Below the pieces are notes generated by a model. It was not told the DNA's origin. It did no database searches and worked only from the letters and a program-made list of their open reading frames with translations. Below, in pieces: positions 1 to 12,770 of a stretch of DNA of 49,000 nt. The stretch's first letter is position 1. Each line of letters opens with the position of its first letter. The position numbers and the translations under genes were made by a program. Source of the stretch: Chiloscyllium plagiosum (taxonomy: Eukaryota); the NCBI RefSeq assembly GCF_004010195.1, contig NW_025214686.1, forward strand, positions 1 to 49,000. The letters are read 5' to 3'.

Positions 1-329
1 TACAAACTAATGATCAGGCTCTAATGTTGTGCTGGCAAAATGCTGCATTTTCTAGAAGGTAAAGTGACATTCCAGGTAGGATTTTCTGTTGGTTTCTGAA
101 TCCCTTCTTCAAAGTCTGTACTACATGCAATTTATGTAAATTGTAACTACCAACTAGAGGGTGGGTTCTCTACCTAAATACGGAGAGTGGACAAGACCTT
201 GAAGTTGTGGGGGGGGGTGGGGGTGCAAGGAGAGAAATAAGTCTGTTTCTAAAATGGAGACCTCCCACACTCCAATATAAAAATCTCTAATAAAAAGTAA
301 AAACAAAAATTCAACATTCAGTTCATGTT

Positions 330-492
330 GGCGAGGGCTGGTGTGGTGAAGTGTTGGTCGTGGATGTTGGTGGTGGAGGTAGTTGGGGTGTGTGGTGGTG
401 GTAGTTGGGGGTGTGTGATGTTGGCAGTTGGCGGTGTGTGGTGATGGGAGTTGGGGGTGTGCGGTGGTAGTAGTTGAGGATGTGTGGTGGTG
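330..492. repeat. Degenerate GT-rich tandem repeat (about 23-bp GTAGTTGGGGGTGTGTGGTGGTG-like units)
   Basis: Repeated gtagttggg(g)gtgtg(t/c)ggtggt units seen directly; source of the His/Pro/Thr-rich ORFs at 154-539. Confidence 0.8.
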
Positions 493-611
493 GTTTCCTC
501 CCACAGTCCAAAGATGTTCAGGTCAGGTGAATTGGCCATGCTAAATTGCCCGTAGTGATAGGTGCATTAGTCAGGGCCTGTTTCCACACTGTAATCTAAT
601 CTAATCTAATC
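491..611 (+). mobile_element. HE1-type (V-SINE) shark SINE, internally deleted 3' fragment
   Basis: GGTTTCCTCCCACAGTCCAAAGATG...GGCCATGCTAAATTGCCC...GGGCCTGTTTCCACACTGTA followed by a (TAATC)n tail. Confidence 0.8.
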
Positions 612-1835
612 ACCCACCATGTACGCGGCAGGCACACATGTGACTCAGCCAACATTGTCTATCTGATATACAGCAGGCAACGATGCCCCAAGGCAAGGTA
701 CAATGGCGAGACCAAGCAGATGCTACAACAACGGATGAATAGACACCGTGCAACAATCACCAGGCAGGATTGTTCCTCCCAAACAGGGAACACTTCAGCG
801 GTCAGGTACATTTGGCCTCAGATCTTTGTCTGATCATCCTCCTTGGCAGACTTTGGGATGTGCAACGATGCAGAGTAGCCGAGCAGAGGCTGGTAGCCAA
901 GTTTGATTCTCATAGGGATGGCCTTAACTGGGATCTTACGCTCATATAATACTGCAGGTGACCCCAGCACACTATACACTCTCACACATACTCCTACATA
1001 CTTACAGACTCATGTAGATCCTCTCTCATATACATTTCTCTCAGGCACACACACGCACACCCCACACACTCATACCCTTGCGCCCACCCTCTCACAGGCA
1101 TATACTCCATCACACTCACACTCACACTCTATCAAGCACGCATATACACACACTCTCACGTGCGCAAGCGCACACACACACACTCCCAGTCTTTCTCTCT
1201 CTCTCACACACACATACACACAGAGCCACACACACAAACACACACAAAAACACACACACACACATTCTCTCACTCTCTCTCTGCCACATGCACGCACACA
1301 CACAGATAAGTTAATGGGGTGAAATTGCATTTGCAGAATTGTATTTGCAGATACATTCGGTTTTGTTCAAAAAGCACACAATCTGTAAGCACACAGTCAA
1401 TATTTTATATAATCCTTGTGACATTTTATAAATTCCTACTTAGGAAATAGAACGAGTCTGGCTCAAGATTGTAATACAGACAGACTCTAACCTCACACCT
1501 TTAATACATTGCCTGAGCTGAGATGTCACCTTTTTATATAAAACCTTAATTTACCTCAGGAATGTGACTTGAAAGAAGTTCTGGGATTAACGTATTAATG
1601 AATCAAAACTTGCAATCCATTCTAAAAGATGAAAGACTTAACAGCAATATAGGTTTGTTCAGTATATTGCATTTTGCTATAAATTCTGTGTCCTATGATC
1701 CTGCTCCACTAGTTACCAGATGAAGGAGCAACATTCTGAAAGCTTGTACATCCAAATAAACCCGTCGGATTATAACCTGGTGTTGTGTGATTTTTAAGTT
1801 TGTCCACCCCAGTCCAACACCAGTGCTTCCACATT
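612..1835 (+). mobile_element. Penelope-like element 3' end: decayed GIY-YIG endonuclease, 3' region and degenerate hammerhead
   Basis: 612-940 translates with a frameshift as HTCDSANIVYLIYSRQRCPKARYNGETKQMLQQRMNRH...EHFS...AEQRLVAKFDSHRDGLN, a PLE GIY-YIG pattern. CCAGATGAAGGAGCAACATTCTGAAAGC at about 1716-1743 is a decayed CUGAUGA..GAAA core, followed by AATAAA. Confidence 0.8.
980..1305. repeat. Compound (CA)n/(CT)n microsatellite
   Basis: Directly visible CA/CT dinucleotide runs. Confidence 0.95.
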
Positions 1836-2011
1836 CTGAAGGCTACTTTGGGATAGGCAGCAAATGCATGCTGCAAATCTCATATCACATGTAGAAATAA
1901 TTAAAAAAGAAGTCTGGAAAGTATTCTCTCTGACTTTTCACAGTTGAGTTTTATTAATGAGTGAATTATTTTTATTTCAGTTAATAAATTTATTTATTTC
2001 TGTTCTTGAAG

Positions 2012-2159
2012 CTTGAATATGAGCGAAAGCAACATGAAAACATTAAGAAAAAAGAAAAAACTAGACATAACTTATCAAAGAAACCTGAACAACACACAGT
2101 CAAGGTAAAGAACAATGATTTTTCATCAGCAACAGAGATGAATGAAACATTAATTGACA
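2012..2159 (+). CDS. Putative internal exon, charged/coiled-coil-like peptide (LEYERKQHENIKKKEKTRHNLSKKPEQHTVKVKNNDFSSATEMNETLID)
   Basis: Acceptor tttctgttcttgaag|CTT at 2012; donor ACA|gtaagg after 2159 (alternative AAG|gtaaag after 2104); open frame in non-repetitive AT-rich DNA. Gene not recognised. Confidence 0.5.
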
Positions 2160-3272
2160 GTAAGGTGTCGGTGACAAGGCAAAATGCCCAATACTCTAAT
2201 CCTGTTCTTTTGTACAAATTATTTTTAAAAATTTGGGTCATCTAATATACCTGCATTTTTACCATAAAATGAGCTGTTCCATTCCTTTTCAATTAAAAAG
2301 CAATGCAAATGTTATACACCAGATGCTGAGAGTATAAATAAGAATCTTTTAATGGCACAGCCTTTGCCATTGAGCATTGAACCTGGCAGAAGCTGTTCAA
2401 TCTGACAGGATCCCCGATAAAGAATCAAATAAACTCTAACAAAGACCTAAAAAAATTGTATTTCCTGTTTTTTCCAATTACAATTATGATTATGTTAAAT
2501 TCCTTGAATTGTCTTTTATGTGTTCTAATAGCATGATTAAAATTTTAACTTAAAGAGATACATTTCTCTATTTAGGCTCGGAGTTAATTTTCTACAGTTG
2601 CATTTCTGGTAGCTAAGGGCAGATGCTACCATCATGCATATGTGTCATACAGAGTTTCTCAGAATTCTGGCATTAAGTAGGATTCTGGGTAATCCAAGAT
2701 GGAGGATGGGAAAAAATTGTGGCTGCTCTTTTTTTTTGAGTATTGTAGGTGTTGGCAGTGATTTCCTCAAATTCCAGGAGCGGCAATTGCTGCTTTATAT
2801 GCTGTTCCATTGTTTTGGAACTTTGGGGGAAAGAAGATCAAAACAATGGCACTTTAAAAAGGTGGAAGACAAACAAAGACAGCAACCACATAGTCAGAGA
2901 AATAAACCTATTCTGCCATCTTACACAGCAGTGAATCTACAGAGGTATTGCCTTTTCTGTTTGAGTTCAAATATCTCTGGACATCGGAGTGCATCTAGGA
3001 AGAGTTAACAACAGCAAAATTCACAGCTGACTTTAGAGGAACCTGTGTGCGAGAGCTCACAGCACAGAATCAGATGTGCATAGTTTTTGAGTGTAACCTT
3101 GCTGTAAATCTACAATAGTGAATAGAGTGGGTGCTTACTTGATTGACATCTGTCTCTTGATTAAATTTTAAAATTATAAACTATAAGTACTAAGTTAGCC
3201 TGGAGCACTGATCTATTTTGGAACAATAAGACAATGCTATTTTCTGGGTCTGTAGATTGTGAAGGAGCAAAA

Positions 3273-6200
3273 ATGGCCTTGAGTAGAGTGATGTGTTCTT
3301 CCTGTCAGATGTGGGAGTTTTGGGAGAGTTTTCGTGTTGCTGATGATTATATCTGCAGGAAGTGTCTTTGGTTGTAAATCCTATCATAACGCATGGATTG
3401 GTTATAGCGGTAGTTAGAGGCAGTAAAAAAAATTACAGGAGCTGGGGTGTGTGATGGATGGCAGTTATTGGAAGAAAGAAAAGCCTCAGATACAATCAGG
3501 TAAATGGGTTAACTCCAGAAAAGGTATGAGAGGGAAACAGGTGGTGTAGGAGTCTGTTGTGGCTATCCTCATCTCAAACAAGTATGCTGTTTTGGAAAAT
3601 ATAGGTGTTGATGGACTCTCAGGGCAATGTAGCATGAATAGCCAAGTTTCTGGTACCGAGAATGGCTCTAATGTAATGAGAGTTACATCAGGTTCCAAGC
3701 GATTGATTGTGATAGAGGACTCTAACAGAGGCACAGACAGACAGTTCTGTGGCTAGCAGTGAAAAATCAGAATGGTGTGTTGCATCCCTGGTGCCAGGAT
3801 CAAGGATGTCTCTGAAAGGGTGTAAAATATTCTCAAAGGGAGAGGGACCAGCAGGAGGTCATTGTACACATTGAAACTAATGACATAGGAAGTGAAAAGG
3901 ATGAGCTTCTGAAGGGAGAATATGGAGAGTTTGGCAGGAATTTAAAAAGTGCGCCCTCGAGTGTAGTAATATCTGGATTACTCCCAGTGTTATGAGCTAG
4001 TGAGGGTAGAAATAGGAAGACAGAGCAGATGAATGCATGGTTGATAAGCTGGAGTATGGGAGAAGAATTCACATTTTTGGATCATTGGAATCTCTTCTGG
4101 GGTAGAAGTGACCTGTACAAGGACAGATTGCACCTGAAATGGAAGGAGTCTAATATACTGGGAAGGAGATTTGCGAGAGCTGTTGGGGAGGATTTAAATT
4201 AGTAAGGTGGGGGTGTGGGGGACGAGGTGAGACCCAGGGAGATAGTGAGGAAAGAGATCAATCTGAGACTGGTACAGTTAGGAAAAGGAGAGTGTCAAAC
4301 AGTCAGTGCAGGCAGGAACAAAGCAGAGAACAAGACAGGACTGATAAATTAAATTGAATTTATTTCAATGCAAGATGCCTAACAGGGAAGGTAGATGAAC
4401 TCAGGGCATGGATAGGTACATGGGATTGGGATATCATAGCAATTACAGATATGTGGCTCAAGGATAGACAGGACTGGCAGCTTAATGTTCCAGGATACAA
4501 ATGCTACAGGAAGGACAGAAAGGGAGGCAAGAGAGGAGGGGTAGTGGTGTTTTTGATAAGGGGTAGCATTACAGCTGTACTAAGGGAGGATATTGCCAGA
4601 AATACATCCAGGGACATTATTTGGGTGGAACAGAGAAATAGGAAAGGGATGGTAACCTTACTGGGATTGTATTATAGACCCCCCAGTAGTCACTGGTAAA
4701 TTGAGAAACAAACTTGTAAGGAGATCTTAGTTATCGTTAAGAGTGATAGGGTGACTATGGTAGGGGATTTTAACATTCCAAACATAGACTGGGACTGCCA
4801 TAGTGTTAAGGGTTTAGATGGAGAGGCATTTGTTAAGTTTTTACAAGAAAATTTTCTTATTCAGGATGTGAATGTATTGCTCGAGAAGGTACAAAAACTT
4901 GACCTACTCTTAGGAAATAAGGCAGGGTAGGAAACTGAGGTGTCAGTGGGGGAGCAATTTGGGGCTAGTTATTGTAATTCTATTCATTGTAAAACAGTGA
5001 CAGAAATAATAGACAGGATATAAAAGCTGAAATTCTAAATTGGAGGAAGGCCAGTTTTAACAGTATTAGACAAGAACTTTCAGATGTTAACTGGGGGCAG
5101 ATGTCCACATGTAAAGGGTCAACTGGAAATTGGGAAACCTTCAAAAATGAGATAATGAGAGTCCAGATACAATATATTCCTGTTAGGGTGAAGTGAAAGG
5201 CTGATAGGTATAGGGAATGCTGGATGACGAGAGAAATTGATGTTTTGGTTAAGAAAAGGAAGGAAGCATATGTCAATTATAGACAGCAGAGATCAAATGA
5301 ATCCTTGGAAGAGTATAAAAGCAGTAGGAGTACACTAAAGAGGAAAATCAGGAGGGCAAAAAGGGAACATGAGATAGCTTTGGCAAATAGGGTTAAGGAG
5401 AATCCAAAGGGATTTTATAAATATAATAAGGACAAAGGGTAACTAGGGAGAGAATAAGGTCCCTCAAAGATGAGCAAGGCAGCTTATGTGTAGAACCACA
5501 GGAGATGGGGGAGGTACTAAATGAGTATTTTGCATCAGTGTGTACTGTGGAGAAAGACATGTGAGGAAATAGATGGTGAAAAATGTTCACATTACACAGG
5601 AGGAGGTGCTTGATATTTTAAAATGCATAAAAGATAAGGTGTACCCTAGAACTCTGTGGGAAGTTAGGGAAGTGATTGCTGGGCCCCTTGCTGAGAAATT
5701 TGTATCATCGATAGTGACAGGTGGAGGTTGGTTTATGTGCTGCCACTATTTAAGAAAAGCCAGGGAATTATAGACTGGTGAGCCTGACATCGGTGGTGGG
5801 CAAGTTGTTGAAGAAATCCTGAGTGACAGGTTTTACATCATTTGGAAAGATAAGGACTGATCAGGGATACTCAACATGGCTTTGTGCGTGAGAAATTATG
5901 TCTCATGAATGTGATTGCATTTTTTGAAGTAACAAAGAGGATTGATGAGGGCAGAGTGGTGGACGTGATCTACATGGACTTCAGGAAGGCGTTCGACAAG
6001 GTTCCCATGGGAGACTGGTTAGCAAGGTTAGATGTCATGGATTACAGGGAGAACTCACCATTTGGATACAGAACTGGCTCAAAGGTAGAAGAGAGAGGGT
6101 GGTGGTGGAGGGTTGCTTTTCAGACTGGACGTCTGTGACCAGTGGAGTGACACAAGGTTTGGTGCTGGGTCCACTACTTTTTGACATTCAGACAAATGAT

Positions 6201-7120
6201 TTGGATATAAACATAGGAGATATATTTGGAAAGTTTGCAGATGATAACAAAATTGAAGGTGTAATGGAGAGCGAAGAAGGTTACCTCAGAGTACATCAGG
6301 ATCTTGATCAGATGGACCAATGGGCTAAGCAGTGGCAGATGGAGTTTAATTTAGATAAATGTGAGGTGATGCATTTTGGAAAGGCCAATCAAAGCAGCAT
6401 GGTAAGTTCCTGGGGATTGTTGCTGAACAGAGAACTTGGAGTGCAGGTTCATAGTTCCTTGTAAGTGGAGTCACAGGTAGATAGATTAGTGAAGAAGACG
6501 TTTGGTATGCTTTCCTTCATTGGACAGAACATTGAGTATAGGAGTTGGGAGGGCATGTTGCTGCTGTACAGGACATTGGTTAGGCTGCTTTTGGAATGCT
6601 GTATGCAATTCTAATCTTCCTCCTATCGGAAGGATGTTATGAACTTTGAATGGGTTCAGAAAAGATTTACAAGGATGTTGCCAGAGTTGGAGGATTTGAG
6701 CTACAGGGAGAGACTTGAATAGGCCAGGGCTGATTTCCCTGGAGCGTCGGAGGCTGAGGAGTGAGCTTACAGAGGTTTATAAATTCATGAGGGGCATGGA
6801 TAAGATAACTATACAAGATCTTTTCCCTGGGGTGGGGGAGTCCTGATCTAGAGGGCATAGGTTTAGGGTGAGAGGGGAAAAATTTAAAAGGGACCTATAG
6901 GGCAACTTTTTCACACAGTGGGTGATGCACATATGGAATGAGCTGCCACAGGAAGTGGTGGAGGCTGGTGCAATTACAACATTTAAAAGGCATCTAGATG
7001 GGTATATGAATAGGAAGAGGTTGGAGGGATATGGGCCATAGTGCTGGCAAAAGGAACTAAATTAGGTTAAGATAGCTGGACCGAAGGACCTGTTTCTGTG
7101 CTGTACATCTCTATGACTCT
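3273..7120 (+). mobile_element. Near full-length decayed CR1 LINE (ORF1 Zn-finger + SGNH esterase; ORF2 APE-RT; 3' UTR)
   Basis: ORF1 motifs CSSCQMWE, DDYICRKC, IVIEDS.RGTDRQFCG, VIVHIETND. ORF2 APE motifs IYFNAR, WDIIAITDMWL, YYRPP, GDFNIPNIDW. RT motifs MDFRKAFDKVP, SGVTQGLVLGPLLF, KFADD. 3' tail GACCGAAGG..CTGTTTCTGTGCTGTACATCTCTATGACTCT. Multiple stops and frameshifts. Confidence 0.95.
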
Positions 7121-7202
7121 GTAACATTTAGTCAGCTCACCTAGTCTAGCTTTTACAGAAGTTATCTGTGTCTATTTTGTTGTTGTTGTTCATAATTAGA
7201 TG

Positions 7203-7575
7203 AAGAACACAGGAACAGCAGTAGCCATTCAGCCGATTAAGTTTGTTCCATAATTGAGTACAATCATTGGTTTTCAAATACTTCTATGCTTCTTACCCAT
7301 ACGTACCCCACCACCATTTACCCCACTGGAATTAGAAATCTATCAATCCTTTGTGGAACACACTCAAAAATTCAACTTCCACGTCCTTATGGAGTAAAGA
7401 ATTCTAAAAATTCACAACCCTCTGAGGAGACATTAAGTGTCTACATCTCAGCCCAATGTGGCATTCTTAATTTATGCCCTTTAGTTCTAGACTCCCCATG
7501 TTGGGGAAACAACCCATTTGCATTTATCTCATTTCATCTCTCCCTTCGAGTATTTTGTAGGTGTCAATGAAAACA
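7203..7575 (-). mobile_element. Old CR1/L2-type LINE 3' fragment
   Basis: gaacacaggaacagcagtagccattcagcc...tatgccctttagttctagactcccc is the reverse complement of a CR1-like 3' end. Confidence 0.6.
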
Positions 7576-7897
7576 TTAGAAGATGAATTTACACACCTTA
7601 GAATTTTTATTTCTTCTTGAATTAAGGCATTGTATTTATTTTCTCAGTGGTAATTCAGATTGTGTCCCTGAATAATGTTATTTCAAGTTGTGTAAATTTG
7701 ACAATGATTTAAATATGAATTGGCAGATTACTTAGAGCAGGCCTTCAGCTAAATATCAATGTTAAAGTTATTTTTAAATTTCAGAAACTGTACCAAACTG
7801 AGATTGAGAAATAAAAGTCACAGACGTCTATATACACACACCAACAGAGAAAGAGACAAGATAGGCTGCATATTTTCATGACTTAATTCAAGGTGTT

Positions 7898-8018
7898 AAA
7901 GGACTTTTGCCCAAAATGTTGATTTTCCTGCTCCTTGGATGCTCCCTGACCTGCTGTGCTTTTCCAGCACCACTCTAATCTTGGCTCTAATCTCCAGTAT
8001 CTGCAGTACCCACTTCTA
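7898..8018 (+). mobile_element. Short PLE-derived repeat with decayed hammerhead
   Basis: Same family as 11206-11399 and 21980-22205 (GATGCT.CCTGACCTGCTGTGCTTTTCCAGCACCACTCT). Confidence 0.75.
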
Positions 8019-9419
8019 TCAAGTTGTTAATTCCTTTCTGATGCTTGAGATTTAAAGTGAAAGACTCTGATGAACATTACTTGCAGTTTGTTAATAGAAT
8101 ATATAAAAATCATTATATTAGTAGCTGTGAGACAGAGGAAATGAAAAATGAACACATTGATACACATATACTGAAATTAGTTATCAAATGTTCAATAGAA
8201 TTTGAGCTGTTGGATTCAATAACCAATCCAAGAACAAATCATGCTGAAAGTTGTGTGAGTTATAAGAACCATTTCTCTCCCTCAAATTTCCTGAAACACA
8301 TTTTAAAAACAGCAGAAGCAAAATCTATTGTGAGTTCAGAGCAATAGAGTAATAAATTAGAGTACAATTAGCTTCTTTTTAAATATTGCCTTTCAAATTT
8401 CCTTGATAATAACAGTTATAATTTATGCAGTTTCATTAATCATTCTGAAAATGGGTTTATTATCAAAAAACTATTTGCAATATAATGATAATAGTAATTT
8501 AAAATAATTTAAACTAAGATGTATCCCATTTGGTGGATGAAACTGGTTAAACCTGATGTTTTTAACCTAATGAGAAAGATCTCAGAAATTCAAGTGGCAT
8601 TGATCATAATTTACAGTTAATGTTCTGTGAGTTTTGCCTACATTTGGCCAATTCCAGGCAAAGTGCACTGACAAAAACAATACAAACCTGCAGAAAATCC
8701 AGTTCAAAATTTAAAAAGCATTCTTGGTCATTTATAAAACTGTAAGTTGACTATTGTTATGACCATGGATTGTAACCCAGATCATCTATGGATATATTGA
8801 ACTTTTCCTCACAACAAGTGCTTTTTAAAAGGATGTCAGAGAGCCAAAAATGACTAAGAGTGTAAATTTTGACCAAGATAATTCATCGACAGACTGGAAG
8901 ACTTTTGTGGATTATCTTCAGCTTTGAAGAAGACTGATAATTTCACACCTAATGGATGTCAAGAAAGTTCCAAAATGAAGGACTTCAAAGGGAGAAAGAC
9001 ATTGCAAACCAAATACAATCTCCTATGTGTTATCAGAGACTGTGAACATGATGTGAGAAAAGATTGCAGTCTAAGAAAGGCATGTTTGTGTTTTCCCCTT
9101 TCAAGAAAACACAAGAACAGAGGTTAAAAGTCAGTTTTAACCCTAGCCTGCATGTGCTAGCTGTTGAAAGTGTGTGCTGTGAGGGTCACAGTTGAGAAAA
9201 AAATCCTGGTTATCCTTGCATTGCTGGTAAAAGAAATGAAGTCTACCCTCTCTCTTTGTTGATAGCCAGAAGGAAGAAAAAAAAACTGTACAAAAATTGC
9301 TCTTTACTTTTATATGGATTTGATAGAGAACATGCTCAGGTAGATTTTGGTCCTGCCTCTTTGTCCTTTCCTTGAAAATAGAAGACAATTCTAAATTTAC
9401 CACCTAAAAAGAAAGCAAA

Positions 9420-9672
9420 ACACTTCAAGGCATAATTCAGGAGTGTGATGGAATACTCCCCACTTGCAGCTCCAACAACACTCAAGAAGCTTGACACCAT
9501 CCAGGACAAAGTAGTCCACTTGATTGGCATCACATCCACAAGAATCCATTCCCTTCTCCACCGAAGCTCAGTTGAAGCAGTGTGACTATGTACAAGATGC
9601 ACTGCAGAAATTCACCAAAATTTGTCATACAGCACCATCCAAACCCACAGTCACTTCCATGTAGAAAGACAA
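9420..9672 (+). mobile_element. LINE RT C-terminal fragment (CR1-group)
   Basis: Encodes RSVMEYSPLAAPTTLKKLDTIQDKVVHLIG; related pieces at about 13388-13710, 21590-21840 (APE: HQDRASRGGGTVVYSQEG) and 23240-23830. Confidence 0.7.
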
Positions 9673-10009
9673 AAAGAAGTGATGAAGCAGAAAAGGGTAC
9701 AGACTCTGAACCATGTAGATGCCTTCAGGCAAAGCACTAATAGAATCGAAATATCTTATTACAAACCATCAGCTCAGATGAATAAAAAAAGATAAACAGA
9801 AAAAAGATGCTGTATGCTGTAGGAGACAGTATTAATGTCACACATGAAGTCATGTAGTCATTCGAGTCATCAACATATGATATTCTACATTATGTTAACC
9901 AACTCCATGAAAATAAAAATGACATAATGATGAGGGGAGAGAGAATTACTGACAATGTGGAAAAACTTAGAGGGTAGTAAAAATTGAGCACTTTATTAAT
10001 AAGGTTATT

Positions 10010-10261
10010 TCAAAGGGGCAACGTTTTCACGCAGAGGGTGGTGCGTGTATGGAATGATCTGCCAGAGGAAATGGTGGAGGCTGGTACAATTACAGCATTT
10101 AAAATGCATCTGGATGGGTATATGAACAGGAAGGGGTTGAAAGGATATGGGCTGGGTGCTGGCAGGTGGGACTAGATTGGGGTGGGATATCTGGTCGGCA
10201 TGGACGAGATGGACTGAAGGGTCTGTTTCCATGTTGAACATCTCTATGACTCAATGACTCT
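10010..10261 (+). mobile_element. 5'-truncated CR1 3' end
   Basis: RGNVFTQRVVRVWNDLPEEMVEAGTITAFKMHLDGYMNRKG plus a CTCTATGACTC tail. Confidence 0.9.
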
Positions 10262-11205
10262 AAATGCAAAATGCACTCTGTACTTTGAACTTATCTCCTA
10301 ACCACCTTGTCCTCTGTATGTATTATGTACTTGGACTAGTGTACGAAACCCTTACCTCCTGTTTCACTGAACTTTCATATTGCAGAAAGTAGGCTTTCAT
10401 TGATCTATCTATTTGTGATCGGTAAGTAGTGAGTAATCTTCATAACATACTATTTGCATTGTTAAACTATAAAGGGAAAGGAATGGTTTCACATTAAAAT
10501 CATTCCTGATTGTTGTTTTCAGGCCAATGATCGCAAGTGTTGTACATCAGGTTACAGAAGTGCAAGAACACTGCAATGTGTCAGGGAATGACATTACCTG
10601 CATTCTTTGTACCAGGTGGCAATCACATGACTTACAATATGGTCTCTGATTCAGACAGTGATCAGCGACAGAGAGTGTGATGTGGTAAGGAGACCCAGAA
10701 TGCAGGAGTGTCAGCTCCTGCAATCATTCAATACGTTTGAAATTCTCTCAGCTTTTTTTGAAAGAGAGTGGAATCTGTGACCAAACTGATCATGGATTCA
10801 GCAAGGAATAGTGTAATCGTTACAGAGGATTAACACCATTCTCTGCAGCAAAGAGGGAGAATTCAGATGGTTGCACTATTGTCTGGTGTCAAATTTCAGA
10901 ATATTTGCTCAGAGATGGAAAGGAAATTACAGCAGGTAGGAGATGATCCAGTGCTCATGGTCCATGGAGGGAGCAACAACATAGTGAGAACTAGAACAGA
11001 GATTCTGTAAAGAGAGTATGAGAAATTACTCTCTAAAATTAAAATTCATAAATTCAAAGATTATAACCTCTGAATTATTACTAGAGCTGTGTGCAAATTG
11101 GGATAGGTCACACAAAATTAGGAAATGAATATGTGACTCAAAGACTTGTGTAAGAGAAGTGGATTCCAGTATGTAGGCTTCAATTTATGGGCCTCTGGTG
11201 ACAGT

Positions 11206-11399
11206 CGAGAGTGTGGTACTGGAAAAGTATGGCAGGTCAGGCAGCATCTGAGGAGCAGGATAATTGATGTCTTCCTGATGAAGAGCTTATGCCCGAAACG
11301 TTGATTCTCCTGCTTCTCGGATGCTGCCTGACCTAATGCACTTTTCCCGCACCACACTCTCAACTCTGGTCTCCAGTATCTGAAGTCCTCACTTTCTCC
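11206..11399 (+). mobile_element. Palindromic PLE-derived mini-element with central hammerhead core
   Basis: Inverted arms GAGAGTGTGGT.CTGGAAAAG...GAGGAGCAGGA / TCCTGCTTCTCGGATGCTGCCTGACC...ACCACACTCTC; CTGATGA at 11275-11281 and GAAACGTT at 11295-11302; flanked by CTCTGGTGACAGT (11193-11205) and CACTGGTAACAGT (11400-11412). Confidence 0.85.
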
Positions 11400-11901
11400 C
11401 ACTGGTAACAGTACTGGGGAAAATAGGGTTGTACCGGTGAGATGATCTACACCTAGACTGTTTTGGGACTAATATTCTTGTGAACCATGTAACTCGGGAA
11501 GTAGAGAGAGTTTTAACCTAAAGAGTTGGGGAATGGGATCAAACGTAGAAACAAAGTTAATAGGAAAATAGCAATACAGGAAATGAGAGAATGGTAGAAA
11601 AAGGAAGAAAGAAAAAAAAACGAGATGTAACAAAGGTAATAAAAAGATTAAACTAAAGTATTTGTATCTGAATATGTGTAGCCATGAATAAAAGTAGTGC
11701 ATGTTAAAATCAATAAATGTGCTATGATAGACATTATGGAGATATGTTTGCAGGATGATAAAGATTGGGGATTCCTGAGAATGAAAGGTTATATGGCATT
11801 CAAGAACAATAAGAAGCTAGGTAAAGGTGGAGGGGTAGCAGTGTAAATCAAAGTTGATATTTGTACCATATTTAAAGTTGACCTTAGTTTAAGAGATCAG
11901 G

Positions 11902-11995
11902 ATTCCTGATGAAGGGCTAATGCCTGAAATGTTGATTCTCCTGCTGTTCGGATGCTGCCTGACCTGCTATGCTTTTCCAGCACTGCACTCTTGAC
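11902..11995 (+). mobile_element. 94-bp hammerhead-bearing mini-retroposon with perfect 14-bp TSD
   Basis: ATTCCTGATGAAGGGCTAATGCCTGAAATGTTGATT...; TTTAAGAGATCAGG at 11888-11901 and 11996-12009. Confidence 0.9.
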
Positions 11996-12702
11996 TTTAA
12001 GAGATCAGGGTGCAGAATTGGTCTGCATGAGATAAGTAATAGAATGGGAAATGAGTTACTAGTGGGTGTTGTCATCAGGCCTCCTAACAGCAATTACAAT
12101 GTATACAGGAAGAACTTGTGTTAAAGGAATGGCAATAATCAAGGGTGATATTATCTTACATATTGGAAAAACTAGATTGGCAGTAGCAGCCTAGATAATG
12201 TGCTTATTGAATGTTTTCAAGATATTTCTTCCAGCAGCACATTCTGGAAGTGTATTGAGAGTAAGTTATATTAGACTTGGTATCCTGCAATGTCACATGA
12301 TTAATTGATTACATTAGAGTAAATGTGCTCCAAAATAGCACCAACCACCAGTATAATTGGATTTTACATGTAGTTGGAAAAATAAATGATATTGTGTCCA
12401 AGGTTAGTTTTTCAAATCTAAATAAGGGCAGCTATATGGGCATGGAGCTTGAGCTCACTAAAGTGAACTGACATAATAGCCTGTGGGACAGATGAATAGA
12501 GACACACAGTAACAAGTATTTAAGAGCATATTTCAAAATACTCAGAATAAGTATACTCCTGTTATAAAGGAAAATATGAAAGGGAAGACCCCACTATTTG
12601 TGGTTATCAAAAGTAACTAGGGAGAAGATCAAAATTAATGAAAAGGAATGTAACTGAGTAAAGATGAGCAACAGGTCAGACAATCAGAACATAAAGAACA
12701 GT

Positions 12703-12770
12703 ATGGGTGGGTTACGCTGCGGCGGGTCGGTGTGGACTTGTTGGGCCGAAGGGCCTGTTTCCACACTGTA
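12703..12770 (+). mobile_element. HE1 SINE 3' fragment adjoining a gap
   Basis: GGGTCGGTGTGGACTTGTTGGGCCGAAGGGCCTGTTTCCACACTGTA. Confidence 0.8.

Larger units (their letters stand above)
10680..12700 (+). mobile_element. Old CR1 LINE (ORF1 esterase to ORF2 APE), interrupted by two short PLE-derived inserts
   Basis: Decayed DPVLMVHGGSNNI, LKYLYLNMCS, GGGVAV, GVVIRPPN motifs. Confidence 0.7.

Noticed and set aside
154-1330. His/Thr/Pro- and Val/Cys-rich ORFs
   Set aside because: Translations of the GT-rich repeat and the CA microsatellite.
8755-9410. Possible solo LTR starting TGTTATGA
   Set aside because: No matching end or TSD could be identified.
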